Part shown: positions 1-9,519 of the stretch, one piece after another
Layout: each line of letters starts with the position of its first letter
Numbering within the stretch: position 1 is the stretch's first letter
Origin: an uncultured Candidatus Saccharibacteria bacterium
GTDB lineage: Bacteria > Patescibacteriota > Minisyncoccia > Phycocordibacterales > UBA2100
NCBI GenBank assembly: GCA_964471165.1
Contig: CAYYEX010000005.1
Span: 42,593-106,592, forward strand
Direction: 5' to 3'
DNA: 64,000 nucleotides
The notes under the pieces: model-generated
Told to the model about the DNA's origin: nothing
Seen by the model: only the letters and a program-made list of their open reading frames with translations
Databases searched by the model: none
Made by a program: the position numbers and the translations under genes

Positions 1-299
1 TGACAAGGGTAAGCGCTCACGAATGTTCGGTACAACTCTAGGAACGAGTGCCAGTAGTACGATTGCAAACACCAGGAGGGCGAGGAGATGATACCGGCTC
101 AATCGCGACATTGGGGTCAGTATACGCCCACGTCCTCTTTATCGTCTATTGGAACAGCGAGAAAAAGCTGACGATTGCTAGAATACGTTGCCACCGGCCC
201 TGAAGCTCTTGTTATTTATACACGCGACAGTTATGCACCCTGTCAATCAGGGGCGGCTATTCAACTGGCAAAGGGGTAGGTAGTCAGGCAGACCGTATA

Positions 300-1388
300 A
301 TGTGTCGTGAGGTCTGGCACGCGCAGGTCAACCGTTTCGACAGAAATATGACAAACCGAATTTCACTGCAACATAACGAAAGCTACTGGTTGCTCGATGA
401 TGTACTCATGAAAGCGTACACAGCAGATGCAACTGCGGTCTTTTCTCGCTACCCAGATTACGCAGAGCTCACCGAGCTCCTTGCTGAATACGTAGGAGTT
501 ATTCGAGAAAATATTCTGGTCACGAGCGGCTCAGATGCTGCCGTGCGTTTGATTGCGGAATTAGAGCACGAATCGGGTAATAAAGTGTTGCTCCCCGTGC
601 CGTCTTTCTACGGGTATGAAAAGATTTTTTCGCAAATCGGGCTTGATTTTGACACGGTGTCTTTCACGGAAGAAATGGGAGTGTTTACATTTCCACTCGA
701 TGCTGCACGAACACTCATTCAGAGCGGCGCATACTCGGCACTCTTTATTTGCCAGCCAAATAACCCGCTTGGTTCTGCACTGTCAGAAGAAACAATCAAT
801 ACGCTCATAACGCTGTGCGGCAACTGCGGCGTCCGCTTGATTATCGATGAGGCATACTTTGAATTTCTTGGGCGCACTTCGGTATCAGAAATTTCACAGC
901 AAAACATCGTAATTTTGCGAACACTCTCAAAGTCACTCGGCTTGGCGGGAGCGCGCGTCGGTTATGTGTGTGCAAACTCTGCCTATCTGAAGCTGCTCTC
1001 TGCAAGAATGCTGCCATGGTCGGTAGCGCATCCGTCTGTCTACGCTGCTGTCGCCGGATTGAGACAGATTGCGCATGTGCGCACGCGGATGGAAGCGGTC
1101 ATACACGAACGCGCAGTGTTTCTCGGCGCCTTACGACAGGTACCGGGCGTTCACGCCTATCCATCTGAAACGAACTTCATACTTTCTCGCGTTGATAATG
1201 CACAAAATGTAGCTGCCGCTCTCAAAGAAAAGGGGATAGATGTGGCACTGTGTTCTTGGATGTCGAACGATACCGACGCCAGAGCGCTACTTTCCGACAC
1301 AATCCGGATGGCGGTACCTTCGCCCAGTGACCGAGACAGGGTCATTGCGACACTTGAAGAGGCGGTCGCAGGCACTAGACAAATGTAG
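300..1388 (+). CDS. Class I/II pyridoxal-phosphate aminotransferase, histidinol-phosphate/aromatic aminotransferase (HisC) family
   Basis: 362-aa ORF; motif LSKSLGLAGARVGYV matches the HisC-family PLP-lysine region (KSFGLAGLRVGY). A TATAAT box at 296-301 overlaps the first ATG, so the true start may be a downstream Met. Confidence 0.75.
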   Translation: MCREVWHAQVNRFDRNMTNRISLQHNESYWLLDDVLMKAYTADATAVFSRYPDYAELTELLAEYVGVIRENILVTSGSDAAVRLIAELEHESGNKVLLPVPSFYGYEKIFSQIGLDFDTVSFTEEMGVFTFPLDAARTLIQSGAYSALFICQPNNPLGSALSEETINTLITLCGNCGVRLIIDEAYFEFLGRTSVSEISQQNIVILRTLSKSLGLAGARVGYVCANSAYLKLLSARMLPWSVAHPSVYAAVAGLRQIAHVRTRMEAVIHERAVFLGALRQVPGVHAYPSETNFILSRVDNAQNVAAALKEKGIDVALCSWMSNDTDARALLSDTIRMAVPSPSDRDRVIATLEEAVAGTRQM

Positions 1389-1414
1389 AATAAGGTGGTA
1401 CTATACAAACATCT

Positions 1415-2956
1415 ATGAAATCGCACAAAGCGAAGTCCGCGATTACCAGCAAGAAAGACGCGGCTCTCCAGCGTCTCTCGATGTTTCTGCCCTCACAAAA
1501 GGCAACGTCCGCACACTGGTCAAAAATGCAAGCCGACTACATGGTCGATGCATTTAAAAGCGCTGCAAAGCACGTACCTGCGTACCGCTCATTCCTCAAG
1601 GAGCGCGGTGTTATGGCAAAGGACATAAAATCCGTTGCGGACATGAAAAAGGTGCCGCCCACATCAAAAAAGAATTATTTACGCAGTCACCCGTGGGAAG
1701 ACTTGTGTATGCCGGGCTCTCTTGCGGGCACACAGCTCGTTCTCACCGCAACCTCTGGCTCAACGGGCGAACCGTTCTATTTTCCACGCACGGATGTTGT
1801 TGAGGAGCAGTCGTACATCTATCACCGCACGTTTCTAAAGAACAGCGGACTCGACCCCCAGGAGCCCACGCTCGTAATCGTGGCATTCGGAATGGGTGTG
1901 TGGATTGGCGGACTTATTACATACGAGGCTTTCAACCGCATCTCCCAGCGCGATTTCCCGCTTACTCTTCTCACCCCAGGTGTAAACAAGCATGAAATTT
2001 ACGCGGCACTGCGCGAAATTGGGTCTCGATACACGCAGGTAATTCTTTGTGGCTATCCTCCGTTTGTAAAAGACATCATCGACGATGGTAAGGGAAACGG
2101 CGTGGACTGGAAACAGTTCGACATGCGAATCGTGTGTGCGGCCGAAGGTTTTTCCGAAGACTTCCGTGATTACCTCGTAACAGAGGCTCACATGACGAAT
2201 CGGTATCGCGACATCATGAATATCTACGGCAGCGCGGAGCTTGGCACAATGGCTACGGAGACCCCTCTTGCTGTTTTGGTTCGAGAACTCAGTCTCAAAA
2301 ACCCCGTACTGTTTTCAAAGTTGTTTGGGGAGGCAACGCGTTTGCCGACACTTGCGCAATACATTCCATCATTCGTTAGTTTCGAAGCGGTAGATAATCG
2401 TATTTACTGTACCTCCGGCAATGTGTTACCGATGATTCGCTATGAAATTGGTGATCACGGTGGCGTGATGACATATGCAGAGCTCAAAAATATCTGCGCG
2501 TCAGAGGGAGTTGACCTCAAGGCTGAAGCAAAGAAGGCGGGTATTACCGATACGGTCAAAGAACTACCGTTTGTCTATGTGTATGAACGCGCCGATCTTT
2601 CTACAAAACTTTACGGTGCAATTATTTACCCAGAACACATTAAGCACGGGCTGATAATCAAGAGTCTGCACAAGGAAGTAACTGGCAAGTTTACAATTGC
2701 AACTAAGAATGACGAAAACCAGGATGAATACCTTGAGGTAAACGTTGAGTTACAACCCAAGGTGCAACCCTCGGAAGACCTCAAGGAGCGTGTCACACAG
2801 GCCATCAATGAAGCGCTTATCGCAAAGAGTGCAGAGCACCGAAACAACTCGCTCTCGCTCGGGGAGCGTGTAATTCCTCGCGTTACATTCTGGGAGCATA
2901 ACCACGCGGAACATTTCCCGGTGGGTGCAAAACACCGCTGGGTAAAGAAGAAATAA
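1415..2956 (+). CDS. Adenylate-forming enzyme, phenylacetate-CoA ligase (PaaK)/coenzyme F390 synthetase family
   Basis: 513 aa; adenylation motif TSGSTGEPFYFPRT; N-terminal PaaK-like region ending VPPTSKKNYLR; starts 27 nt after the upstream gene. Confidence 0.75.
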   Translation: MKSHKAKSAITSKKDAALQRLSMFLPSQKATSAHWSKMQADYMVDAFKSAAKHVPAYRSFLKERGVMAKDIKSVADMKKVPPTSKKNYLRSHPWEDLCMPGSLAGTQLVLTATSGSTGEPFYFPRTDVVEEQSYIYHRTFLKNSGLDPQEPTLVIVAFGMGVWIGGLITYEAFNRISQRDFPLTLLTPGVNKHEIYAALREIGSRYTQVILCGYPPFVKDIIDDGKGNGVDWKQFDMRIVCAAEGFSEDFRDYLVTEAHMTNRYRDIMNIYGSAELGTMATETPLAVLVRELSLKNPVLFSKLFGEATRLPTLAQYIPSFVSFEAVDNRIYCTSGNVLPMIRYEIGDHGGVMTYAELKNICASEGVDLKAEAKKAGITDTVKELPFVYVYERADLSTKLYGAIIYPEHIKHGLIIKSLHKEVTGKFTIATKNDENQDEYLEVNVELQPKVQPSEDLKERVTQAINEALIAKSAEHRNNSLSLGERVIPRVTFWEHNHAEHFPVGAKHRWVKKK

Positions 2957-2977
2957 CGGTATACTAAAGGCCATCCT

Positions 2978-4159
2978 ATGGAAGGCCTACCGGAGAAGCT
3001 TCAAGAAATGCGCGCTCGCCCCATACCGGAGCGCCCGCGCTTTTTTGATATCAAAACAGATTCGGCTGAGCTATCTGCACTTATTGATTCTGGAGCACTC
3101 TTGCGTGTTTCTGATGACTACGAGGAAGCGTCTCGTGAGCTTTTTGCTATACAGAATCCGACACTCGTGTATGCACCGGGGTTTGAGGACGCATTCCAAA
3201 AACACTACACAATTCTTACAAGCAATGTGCCCGAGATACTCGGACGCTGGGTATATTTTCCCTGGAACGGCACACTGTGCCATATCCTTGCAGAAGCCGA
3301 TTACTTTCGCGTCCGAACGGCGCGCAATCGGAATTTGATAACAGAGGTAGAACAGGAGCGATTCTACAATTCGACAATCGGTATTGCAGGGCTCTCGGTG
3401 GGTTCGAGTGTTGCATTCAGTATTGCGCTACAGGGCGGCGGAAAGAAACTCAAACTTGCTGACATGGATTATTTGGCGCTTTCAAACACGAATCGTGTTC
3501 TCTCGGGTGCCCCGGAGTTGGGCTCGCTCAAGGTATCTATGGCAGCCAGACGTATTTACGAAATGAATCCCTATGCAGAAATCGAGCTGTTTCCACAAGG
3601 ATTACAACCTGAAAACATAGCAGCATTTTTCGACGGACTCGATATTGTTATCGACGAGCTTGATAACCTAGCTGTAAAATTTTTAATTCGAGAGCATGCA
3701 AAAAAGAACCACATTGCGGTAGTAATGGGCGCCGACAACGGGGACAATGCGGTTATTGATATTGAACGCTACGATGTGGACCCACAGCCACCATTCTTTC
3801 ATGGTCGGATGGGGAATGTTTCCTACGATTCACTCAAGGCGCTGGATAAGTTCGGTATCGGCAAAACTATTACGCAACACATCGGTCCAGAGAATGTAAC
3901 GATGCGTATGCAGGAATCTTTGATGGAAATGGGCAAAACCATTGTTTCCTGGCCGCAATTGGGCGGTGCTGCGCTCATCAACGGGGCAGCGGTTGCATAC
4001 TGCGTACGAAAGATTCTCAACGGGGAGAAGCTCGAGTCGAATCGCGCACTCGTATCGGTTGATGAAAAATTAGTTCCCGACTTTATGTCAGATGAGCAAA
4101 AAAAGGAGCGGACTGAAACCGCGCACGCATTTGCTGCCCGATTCGGCATCACACTATGA
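2978..4159 (+). CDS. E1-like/ThiF-MoeB family protein with degenerate nucleotide-binding glycine loop and ~130-aa N-terminal extension
   Basis: 393 aa; Rossmann-like segment IGIAGLSVGSSVAFSIALQGGGKKLKLADMDY resembles ThiF/MoeB/E1, but the GxGxxG motif is degenerate (GIAGLSVGS). 22-nt gap to the upstream gene and 4-nt overlap with the downstream gene. Confidence 0.6.
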   Translation: MEGLPEKLQEMRARPIPERPRFFDIKTDSAELSALIDSGALLRVSDDYEEASRELFAIQNPTLVYAPGFEDAFQKHYTILTSNVPEILGRWVYFPWNGTLCHILAEADYFRVRTARNRNLITEVEQERFYNSTIGIAGLSVGSSVAFSIALQGGGKKLKLADMDYLALSNTNRVLSGAPELGSLKVSMAARRIYEMNPYAEIELFPQGLQPENIAAFFDGLDIVIDELDNLAVKFLIREHAKKNHIAVVMGADNGDNAVIDIERYDVDPQPPFFHGRMGNVSYDSLKALDKFGIGKTITQHIGPENVTMRMQESLMEMGKTIVSWPQLGGAALINGAAVAYCVRKILNGEKLESNRALVSVDEKLVPDFMSDEQKKERTETAHAFAARFGITL

Positions 4160-5208
4160 ACGAAGACATCCTGTTTGCGCTCTCCGCTGCAAACGCAGCA
4201 CCATCCGGTGAGAACAGTCAGCCGTGGCGCTTCATCGTACGTGAAGACAAGGTCGAGCTCTGGAACCGACCAGAGCGTGATCGTTCGCTGTATAACTGGC
4301 AACAAAGTGCCTCGTATGTTTCAAATGGTGCCGCCCTTGAAAACATGGTTATTGCGGCAAGCGCCCGTGGTCTCGCAACTGAGGTGGAGTATTTTCCACA
4401 AACGAGCACAGACCATGTGGCAACGGTTCGTTTTACGCGCGGTGCATCTCCGGACCCGCTTGCTGAGCCGGTTCTTAAACGAGCAACAAACAGAAAGCCG
4501 TATTCGAAAGAGTCGCTCACACCGGCACAAGCCGGCGCACTATCGGGTTGTTTTGAAAAGGATCTCTGTTCACTTCGACTGATTGGCGAGAGAGATGCAA
4601 TCAATCGCCTCGGACGCATTGGCTCCACGAATGAAGAGATTATGCTCACGAGCAAACAAATCCACTCGTTCTTCTTTGAGCACGTGAACTGGACTCCTGC
4701 CGAGGACGCAAAAAAAACTGTTGGCTTTTTCATAGATACACTTGAGTTGCCACCGCCGGCCCGCGTGATGTTTCGTTTGCTTCGTCGCTGGCCGGTTGCG
4801 TTGCTGCTTACCCGACTCGGGCTGCATCGTGTCATTGCCAAGGAGAACGGAGCGGTGAATGCCTCTGCCGCTGCTATTGGGATAGTTTCTGTGCGTTCGC
4901 TTGAGCCAACAGAGCTCGTACGAGCGGGTCGCGCAATCGAGCGCATCTGGCTTACAGCAACATCGCTTGGGCTTTCATTCCAGCCGCTCTCGGGCATGTT
5001 GTTTTTTGAGTTAATGCGGGCACACGGTGACGCGTCGAAATTCTCTGAAACACATGCAAAAATGATTGAAGAAGCATACGCCGAAGTCCGACGCATTTCC
5101 GGTTTCTCTGAGGGTTCAATCGTCTTTATGTTCCGCACCGGAATAGGGGAGCCCCCGACAGCACGCTCATCTCGCTTTACGCTTGAACGCACAATGCAGG
5201 CTGAGTAA
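4156..5208 (+). CDS. Nitroreductase-superfamily protein, apparently two tandem nitroreductase-like halves (SagB/McbC-type dehydrogenase-like)
   Basis: 350 aa; N-terminal APSGENSQPWRF motif typical of the FMN nitroreductase fold; a second basic motif KRATNRKPY is further in; about twice the size of single-domain nitroreductases. Confidence 0.65.
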   Translation: MNEDILFALSAANAAPSGENSQPWRFIVREDKVELWNRPERDRSLYNWQQSASYVSNGAALENMVIAASARGLATEVEYFPQTSTDHVATVRFTRGASPDPLAEPVLKRATNRKPYSKESLTPAQAGALSGCFEKDLCSLRLIGERDAINRLGRIGSTNEEIMLTSKQIHSFFFEHVNWTPAEDAKKTVGFFIDTLELPPPARVMFRLLRRWPVALLLTRLGLHRVIAKENGAVNASAAAIGIVSVRSLEPTELVRAGRAIERIWLTATSLGLSFQPLSGMLFFELMRAHGDASKFSETHAKMIEEAYAEVRRISGFSEGSIVFMFRTGIGEPPTARSSRFTLERTMQAE

Positions 5209-6784
5209 ACATATGGAAATTTCCACCCTTGTTCAGATAAATGTTGATCTCTTACTTGTTGCTGTTTCCGTATGCGGCATCGCGTTGCTTGGTTTTTTGA
5301 TTTTCTTCAACAACAGATCGAGCGAAACGAATCGTTCCTTTTTGCTCTTTTCGGTGCTCACAGTCGTATGGGGTATATCAAATTACCTGGAGTATAGATT
5401 TACATCTTCAACATCTGCACTTTGGGCGCTGCGTATTCACTTGTTTATTTCTGTCTGGCACGCGTATGCGTTTTTCCGCTTGGCATACGTGTTCCCAAAT
5501 TCTTTAATGTCGTATCCAAAATGGTTTACCCATTATCTAACGCCCGTTGTTGCTGTTACGTCACTTCTCACATTGACTCCCGCTGTTTTCTCCGGCCTCG
5601 ACCATTTACCGGCTGCTGGGCAGGTAACAAAGGCGGTTCCGGCTCCGGGGATAGCTCTCTTTATGCTGGTCGCATTCGGACTACTCGCTTCCGCGATATA
5701 TGTCCTTGCTCGCAAGATGTATCGTGCACCTGGTGAATCACGTAAACAGACAGGTGCGCTCCTCATCGGTATGGCGCTCACTGCGTGCCTGCTACTCACG
5801 TTCAATGTAATTCTGCCGAATGTTTTCAATAACACGAGTTTTATACCGCTGGCCGCTTTGTTTATCTTGCCGTTCATAGCGCTGACTTCGTATTCAATAT
5901 ATCGCTATCACTTCCTCAACCTGAAGGTGGCGACCACCGCAGTTCTCGGCTTTATGGTAACCATCTTTACGTTCTCAAATATATTGTTTGCAAAGGACCT
6001 CGCGGGGATAGCGATAAACGTGACTGCATTTATTATCGTGCTCTTGGGGTCAATACGAATTGTCCGCGATACGCTTGATTTGCAGCTGGCGAACGAGGAG
6101 CGCTCCGAATTCATGTCGTTTGCGTCACACGAAATCCGCAACCCGATTACAGCCATGCGCGGGCTCGCCTCACTTATTGTTGATGGGACCACGGGAGAAA
6201 CAACGAAGGATACAAAAGAGGCTGCTCAAAAGATTCTTGTTGCGGGACACGATGTGCTCAATATTATTGCAACATTCCTCAGCAAGTCGAAGCTCGAGAT
6301 TGGTCAAATCGGTTATGACAAGGCGACGTTTGATTTGGGTGAAGCGGTCGCCCAGATTGCCGACGGCTACGTTCCGCACGCAGAAATCAAGGGACTTACA
6401 TTCGATATCAAAATCGACCGCTCTCACAAGTACTTGATTTCGGGCGACCAAGGAAAGGTAAAGGAGGTTGTGGGTAATCTCATAGACAACTCGCTCAAGT
6501 ACACCAAGGAGGGCGGTATGACTGTCTCTGTAGAGCGGCATGCAGCCTTTGTGAGATGCGTCATATCCGACACAGGGGTTGGCATCCCGCCAGAAACTCT
6601 GCCGTCGTTGTTTAAGAAGTTCTCTCGAGCCGATGCCCAGAAGGTGAATCTGCTTGGCACGGGCGTCGGGCTCTACCTCGCAAAGCTATTCATTGAAGCC
6701 CAGGGTGGCCGCATTTGGGCCGAATCCGACGGGGCAGGCAAGGGCTCGCGCTTCATAATCGAGTTTAACTCGGTGCAGGCTTAA
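5183..6784 (+). CDS. Membrane sensor histidine kinase (multi-pass N-terminal domain + HisKA + HATPase_c)
   Basis: 533 aa; 7-8 predicted TM helices in the N-terminal half; H-box FMSFASHEIRNPITAM; G-box GTGVGLYLAKLFIEAQGG; overlaps the upstream gene by 26 nt; no adjacent response regulator. Confidence 0.85.
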   Translation: MNAQCRLSKHMEISTLVQINVDLLLVAVSVCGIALLGFLIFFNNRSSETNRSFLLFSVLTVVWGISNYLEYRFTSSTSALWALRIHLFISVWHAYAFFRLAYVFPNSLMSYPKWFTHYLTPVVAVTSLLTLTPAVFSGLDHLPAAGQVTKAVPAPGIALFMLVAFGLLASAIYVLARKMYRAPGESRKQTGALLIGMALTACLLLTFNVILPNVFNNTSFIPLAALFILPFIALTSYSIYRYHFLNLKVATTAVLGFMVTIFTFSNILFAKDLAGIAINVTAFIIVLLGSIRIVRDTLDLQLANEERSEFMSFASHEIRNPITAMRGLASLIVDGTTGETTKDTKEAAQKILVAGHDVLNIIATFLSKSKLEIGQIGYDKATFDLGEAVAQIADGYVPHAEIKGLTFDIKIDRSHKYLISGDQGKVKEVVGNLIDNSLKYTKEGGMTVSVERHAAFVRCVISDTGVGIPPETLPSLFKKFSRADAQKVNLLGTGVGLYLAKLFIEAQGGRIWAESDGAGKGSRFIIEFNSVQA

Positions 6785-6809
6785 ATAACGCCCTTTTTCT
6801 GCTATATTT

Positions 6810-7793
6810 GTGCCTATGGCTCGATTACTGACGGGGCTCCAGCCCTCGGGAACACTTCATATCGGTAACTATCTTGGCGCACTACGCCCGTTCGTCGAAT
6901 TATCGAAAAGCGGGGAATACGAACATATCTTCCTGATGGTGGTGGATTACCATGCGCTTACATCGCTCAAAAATCCTCGGGAACTCAAACAGAACATCAT
7001 TTCCGTCGTAGCCGACTACGTGGCCGCCGGAATCGACCCAAACAAAGCAATCATATTTAAGCAATCCGACGTGCCACAGCACACTGAGCTGGCCTGGATA
7101 TTTAGTTGCCAAATGAGCACCTCGTTTCTCGAGCTTGGACATGCCTTCAAGGACAAGGTAGCAAAGGGAATAGATTCAAATGTCGGATTGTTCACATATC
7201 CGCTTTTGATGGCCGCTGATATTCTGCTCTACGACGCAACCGATATTCCGGTTGGTGAGGACCAACGCCAGCACATTGAGTACACGCGCGAAATCGCTGC
7301 GAAATTCAATATCAATTATCCTGGCCGTTCCCGCATCTTTAATGAGAATGTAAAGGAAAGAATCTTCGAAGGAACGGGCATCATTCCCGGAGTTGATGGC
7401 GCAAAAATGAGCAAAAGCTATGGCAACACTATTCCACTTTTTGCCACAGATGCGGAGATTCAACAGGCGGTTATGAGTATCAAAACTGGGTCAGAAGCTA
7501 TGGGTTCATCGCTTCCTGTTGATGATACGGTGTTGAAACTCTTTAAACACTTTGACCCAGAAGGGGCTGCTGCACTCGCTGGACGCTACCAGGCCGGTGC
7601 AGTTGGTTACAAGGAAGCAAAGGAAATACTCGCAAAAGCAATCATTACGGCGACGCATGACATGCGAGTGAAGCGACGCGATATTACAACAGAACAGGTG
7701 GAAGATATTCTTAAAAAAGGAAAAACGAAGGCGCGCGCGTTTGCACGAAAGAAAATGGACCTCGTACATCGCCGTATCGGAGTTGAAGTCTAA
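6810..7793 (+). CDS. trpS: Tryptophanyl-tRNA synthetase
   Basis: HIGH-type motif TLHIGNYLGA, KMSKS motif present, 327 aa. A TATATT -10 box sits 8 nt upstream of the ATG, so likely leaderless. Confidence 0.9.
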   Translation: MPMARLLTGLQPSGTLHIGNYLGALRPFVELSKSGEYEHIFLMVVDYHALTSLKNPRELKQNIISVVADYVAAGIDPNKAIIFKQSDVPQHTELAWIFSCQMSTSFLELGHAFKDKVAKGIDSNVGLFTYPLLMAADILLYDATDIPVGEDQRQHIEYTREIAAKFNINYPGRSRIFNENVKERIFEGTGIIPGVDGAKMSKSYGNTIPLFATDAEIQQAVMSIKTGSEAMGSSLPVDDTVLKLFKHFDPEGAAALAGRYQAGAVGYKEAKEILAKAIITATHDMRVKRRDITTEQVEDILKKGKTKARAFARKKMDLVHRRIGVEV

Positions 7794-7803
7794 ACACAAA
7801 CAC

Positions 7804-9159
7804 ATGGAACGAATACTCATTACAGATTTAGGGGGTCGCACCGGCGAAACAGTGCTCATAAAGGGCTGGGTTTCGGTGCGCCGCGACCAGGGCAAAATGG
7901 TTTTTTTTGATTTCCGGGATCGTTCTGGCTCCGTGCAGGGTGTAGTGCTCCCAAACTCGGCAGCAATTGAACTCGCAAAAGAAATAAAAATCGAATACGT
8001 TGTTGCTGTAACGGGCATTGTTAATCAGCGGCCAGAGAAAAATCGCAATGCCAAGGTGCAAAACGGCGATATTGAACTCGAAGTTACCGGGCTAGAGGTA
8101 CTTGCGGCTGCGGAACCGCTTCCGTTTGATATGTCGGAGAGTGGATACAATGTAGACCTCACAACGGAACTCGACCACCGAGCACTCACGCTTCGCCATC
8201 CGCGCCTACAATCAATTTTCAAAGTACAGGCGGTAATCATTGACTCGTTCCGTGAGTATATGAAGCAGCAGGACTTCTTTGAGTTTCAAGCTCCCGCAAT
8301 AGTTCCAGCAACCGCCGAGGGGGGTGCCGAGGTTTTCCAGGTGCAATATTTTGACAAGCAAGCGTATCTTTCGCAGTCACCACAACTCTACAAACAGATT
8401 GTTATGACAGCGTTTGAACGCGTGTTTTCGGTCAACAAAGTGTTTCGCGCCGAGCCATCGTCCACGACACGCCACCTCACTGAAATAGTGTCTTTGGATG
8501 CAGAAATGGCATTCATAGATTCGTGGACCGATGTGCGCGATATGTCGGAGAGCACGGTGCGATATATTCTTGAGCAAGTTGCAGAACGCTGTGCGAAAGA
8601 TTTGGAATTCTTGGATGCGACGCTTCCGGTAATGATAGATAAGACGCCAACACTCTCACTTGCCGAGGCACAAGAGAAAATCCACTCAGTAACCGGCCGC
8701 GACGTCCGCGGAGAGAAGGACCTCAATCCGGAAGATGAGCGTCAACTATGCGAAATTATCAAAAACGAGACAGGCTCCGACTTTGTATACGTATATGGAT
8801 ACCCGACGCGACAGAAGCCATTCTATGTATTCCCGAACCCTGAGAATCCTGAAGTAAACGAGGGGATGGATTTGTTGTGTCGCGGGGTTGAATGGCTCTC
8901 CGGTGGCCGACGCATCAATGATTACAAGCAGCTTTTAGAGCACGTTGCAGTTTGGGGGCTCGACGCATCGAAGGTGGAAATGTTTCTCGAGGCCTTTCGA
9001 CACGGAGTTCCGCCAGAAGGGGGATTTGCATTCGGTGCAGAGCGCATGACAATGCAGATTTTGGGACTCAAAAACATTCGTGAGGCGACGATGTTCCCGC
9101 GCGACATGAATCGCATAGACGCCCGACTCAACGAAGCAGTAGAGCCCGACAACTCGTAG
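7804..9159 (+). CDS. aspS: Aspartyl-tRNA synthetase, class II, archaeal/eukaryal-type (short form)
   Basis: N-terminal OB-fold anticodon-binding region (VLIKGWVSVRRDQGKMVFFDFRD); class II motif 2 FRAEPSSTTRHLTEIVSLDAEMAF; about 450 aa. The in-frame upstream ATG at 7741 overlaps trpS, so the start was placed at the ATG at 7804. Confidence 0.85.
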   Translation: MERILITDLGGRTGETVLIKGWVSVRRDQGKMVFFDFRDRSGSVQGVVLPNSAAIELAKEIKIEYVVAVTGIVNQRPEKNRNAKVQNGDIELEVTGLEVLAAAEPLPFDMSESGYNVDLTTELDHRALTLRHPRLQSIFKVQAVIIDSFREYMKQQDFFEFQAPAIVPATAEGGAEVFQVQYFDKQAYLSQSPQLYKQIVMTAFERVFSVNKVFRAEPSSTTRHLTEIVSLDAEMAFIDSWTDVRDMSESTVRYILEQVAERCAKDLEFLDATLPVMIDKTPTLSLAEAQEKIHSVTGRDVRGEKDLNPEDERQLCEIIKNETGSDFVYVYGYPTRQKPFYVFPNPENPEVNEGMDLLCRGVEWLSGGRRINDYKQLLEHVAVWGLDASKVEMFLEAFRHGVPPEGGFAFGAERMTMQILGLKNIREATMFPRDMNRIDARLNEAVEPDNS

Positions 9160-9164
9160 TTCGT

Positions 9165-9515
9165 ATGGGTGAATTGCGCACAAAGGAAACCGCAAAGCGA
9201 TATAAGGATGACATCGCAGCCGGTCTTCTTGCGGGCGAATGTGTCATCTGCAAAAAAGCACCTGTACAGGAGTTCAAATATTGGAAAATCGTTCACAACG
9301 ACTACCCGTATGACGCTGCATTTTCACAGCACGACATGATAGTGCCATTGCGACACGCCAATATAGACGGCGTTCTGCCGGAGGAATGGCAAGAGCTCAA
9401 TGAGATAAAGAGAACATACATTAACGAGCACTACGAGTGGACAATGGAATCGACGATTCGAAGACTATCCATTCCAGCACACTTCCATATGCATCTAGTT
9501 AACTCCCCGGACTAA
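9165..9515 (+). CDS. HIT (histidine triad) family nucleotide hydrolase/transferase-like protein
   Basis: 116 aa; C-terminal histidine triad HFHMHLV; fold-typical hydrophobic core. Confidence 0.65.
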   Translation: MGELRTKETAKRYKDDIAAGLLAGECVICKKAPVQEFKYWKIVHNDYPYDAAFSQHDMIVPLRHANIDGVLPEEWQELNEIKRTYINEHYEWTMESTIRRLSIPAHFHMHLVNSPD

Positions 9516-9519
9516 CCCC

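Noticed and set aside
4218-5192. 324-aa minus-strand ORF
   Set aside because: Antisense to the nitroreductase gene. Arg/Ser-rich composition typical of an out-of-frame GC-rich translation, and no start context.
7741-7803. Longer N-terminal extension of aspS (start at 7741 overlapping trpS by 53 nt)
   Set aside because: The ATG at 7804 gives an N-terminus (MERILITDLGG...) that matches the start of the AspRS anticodon-binding domain and avoids a long overlap.
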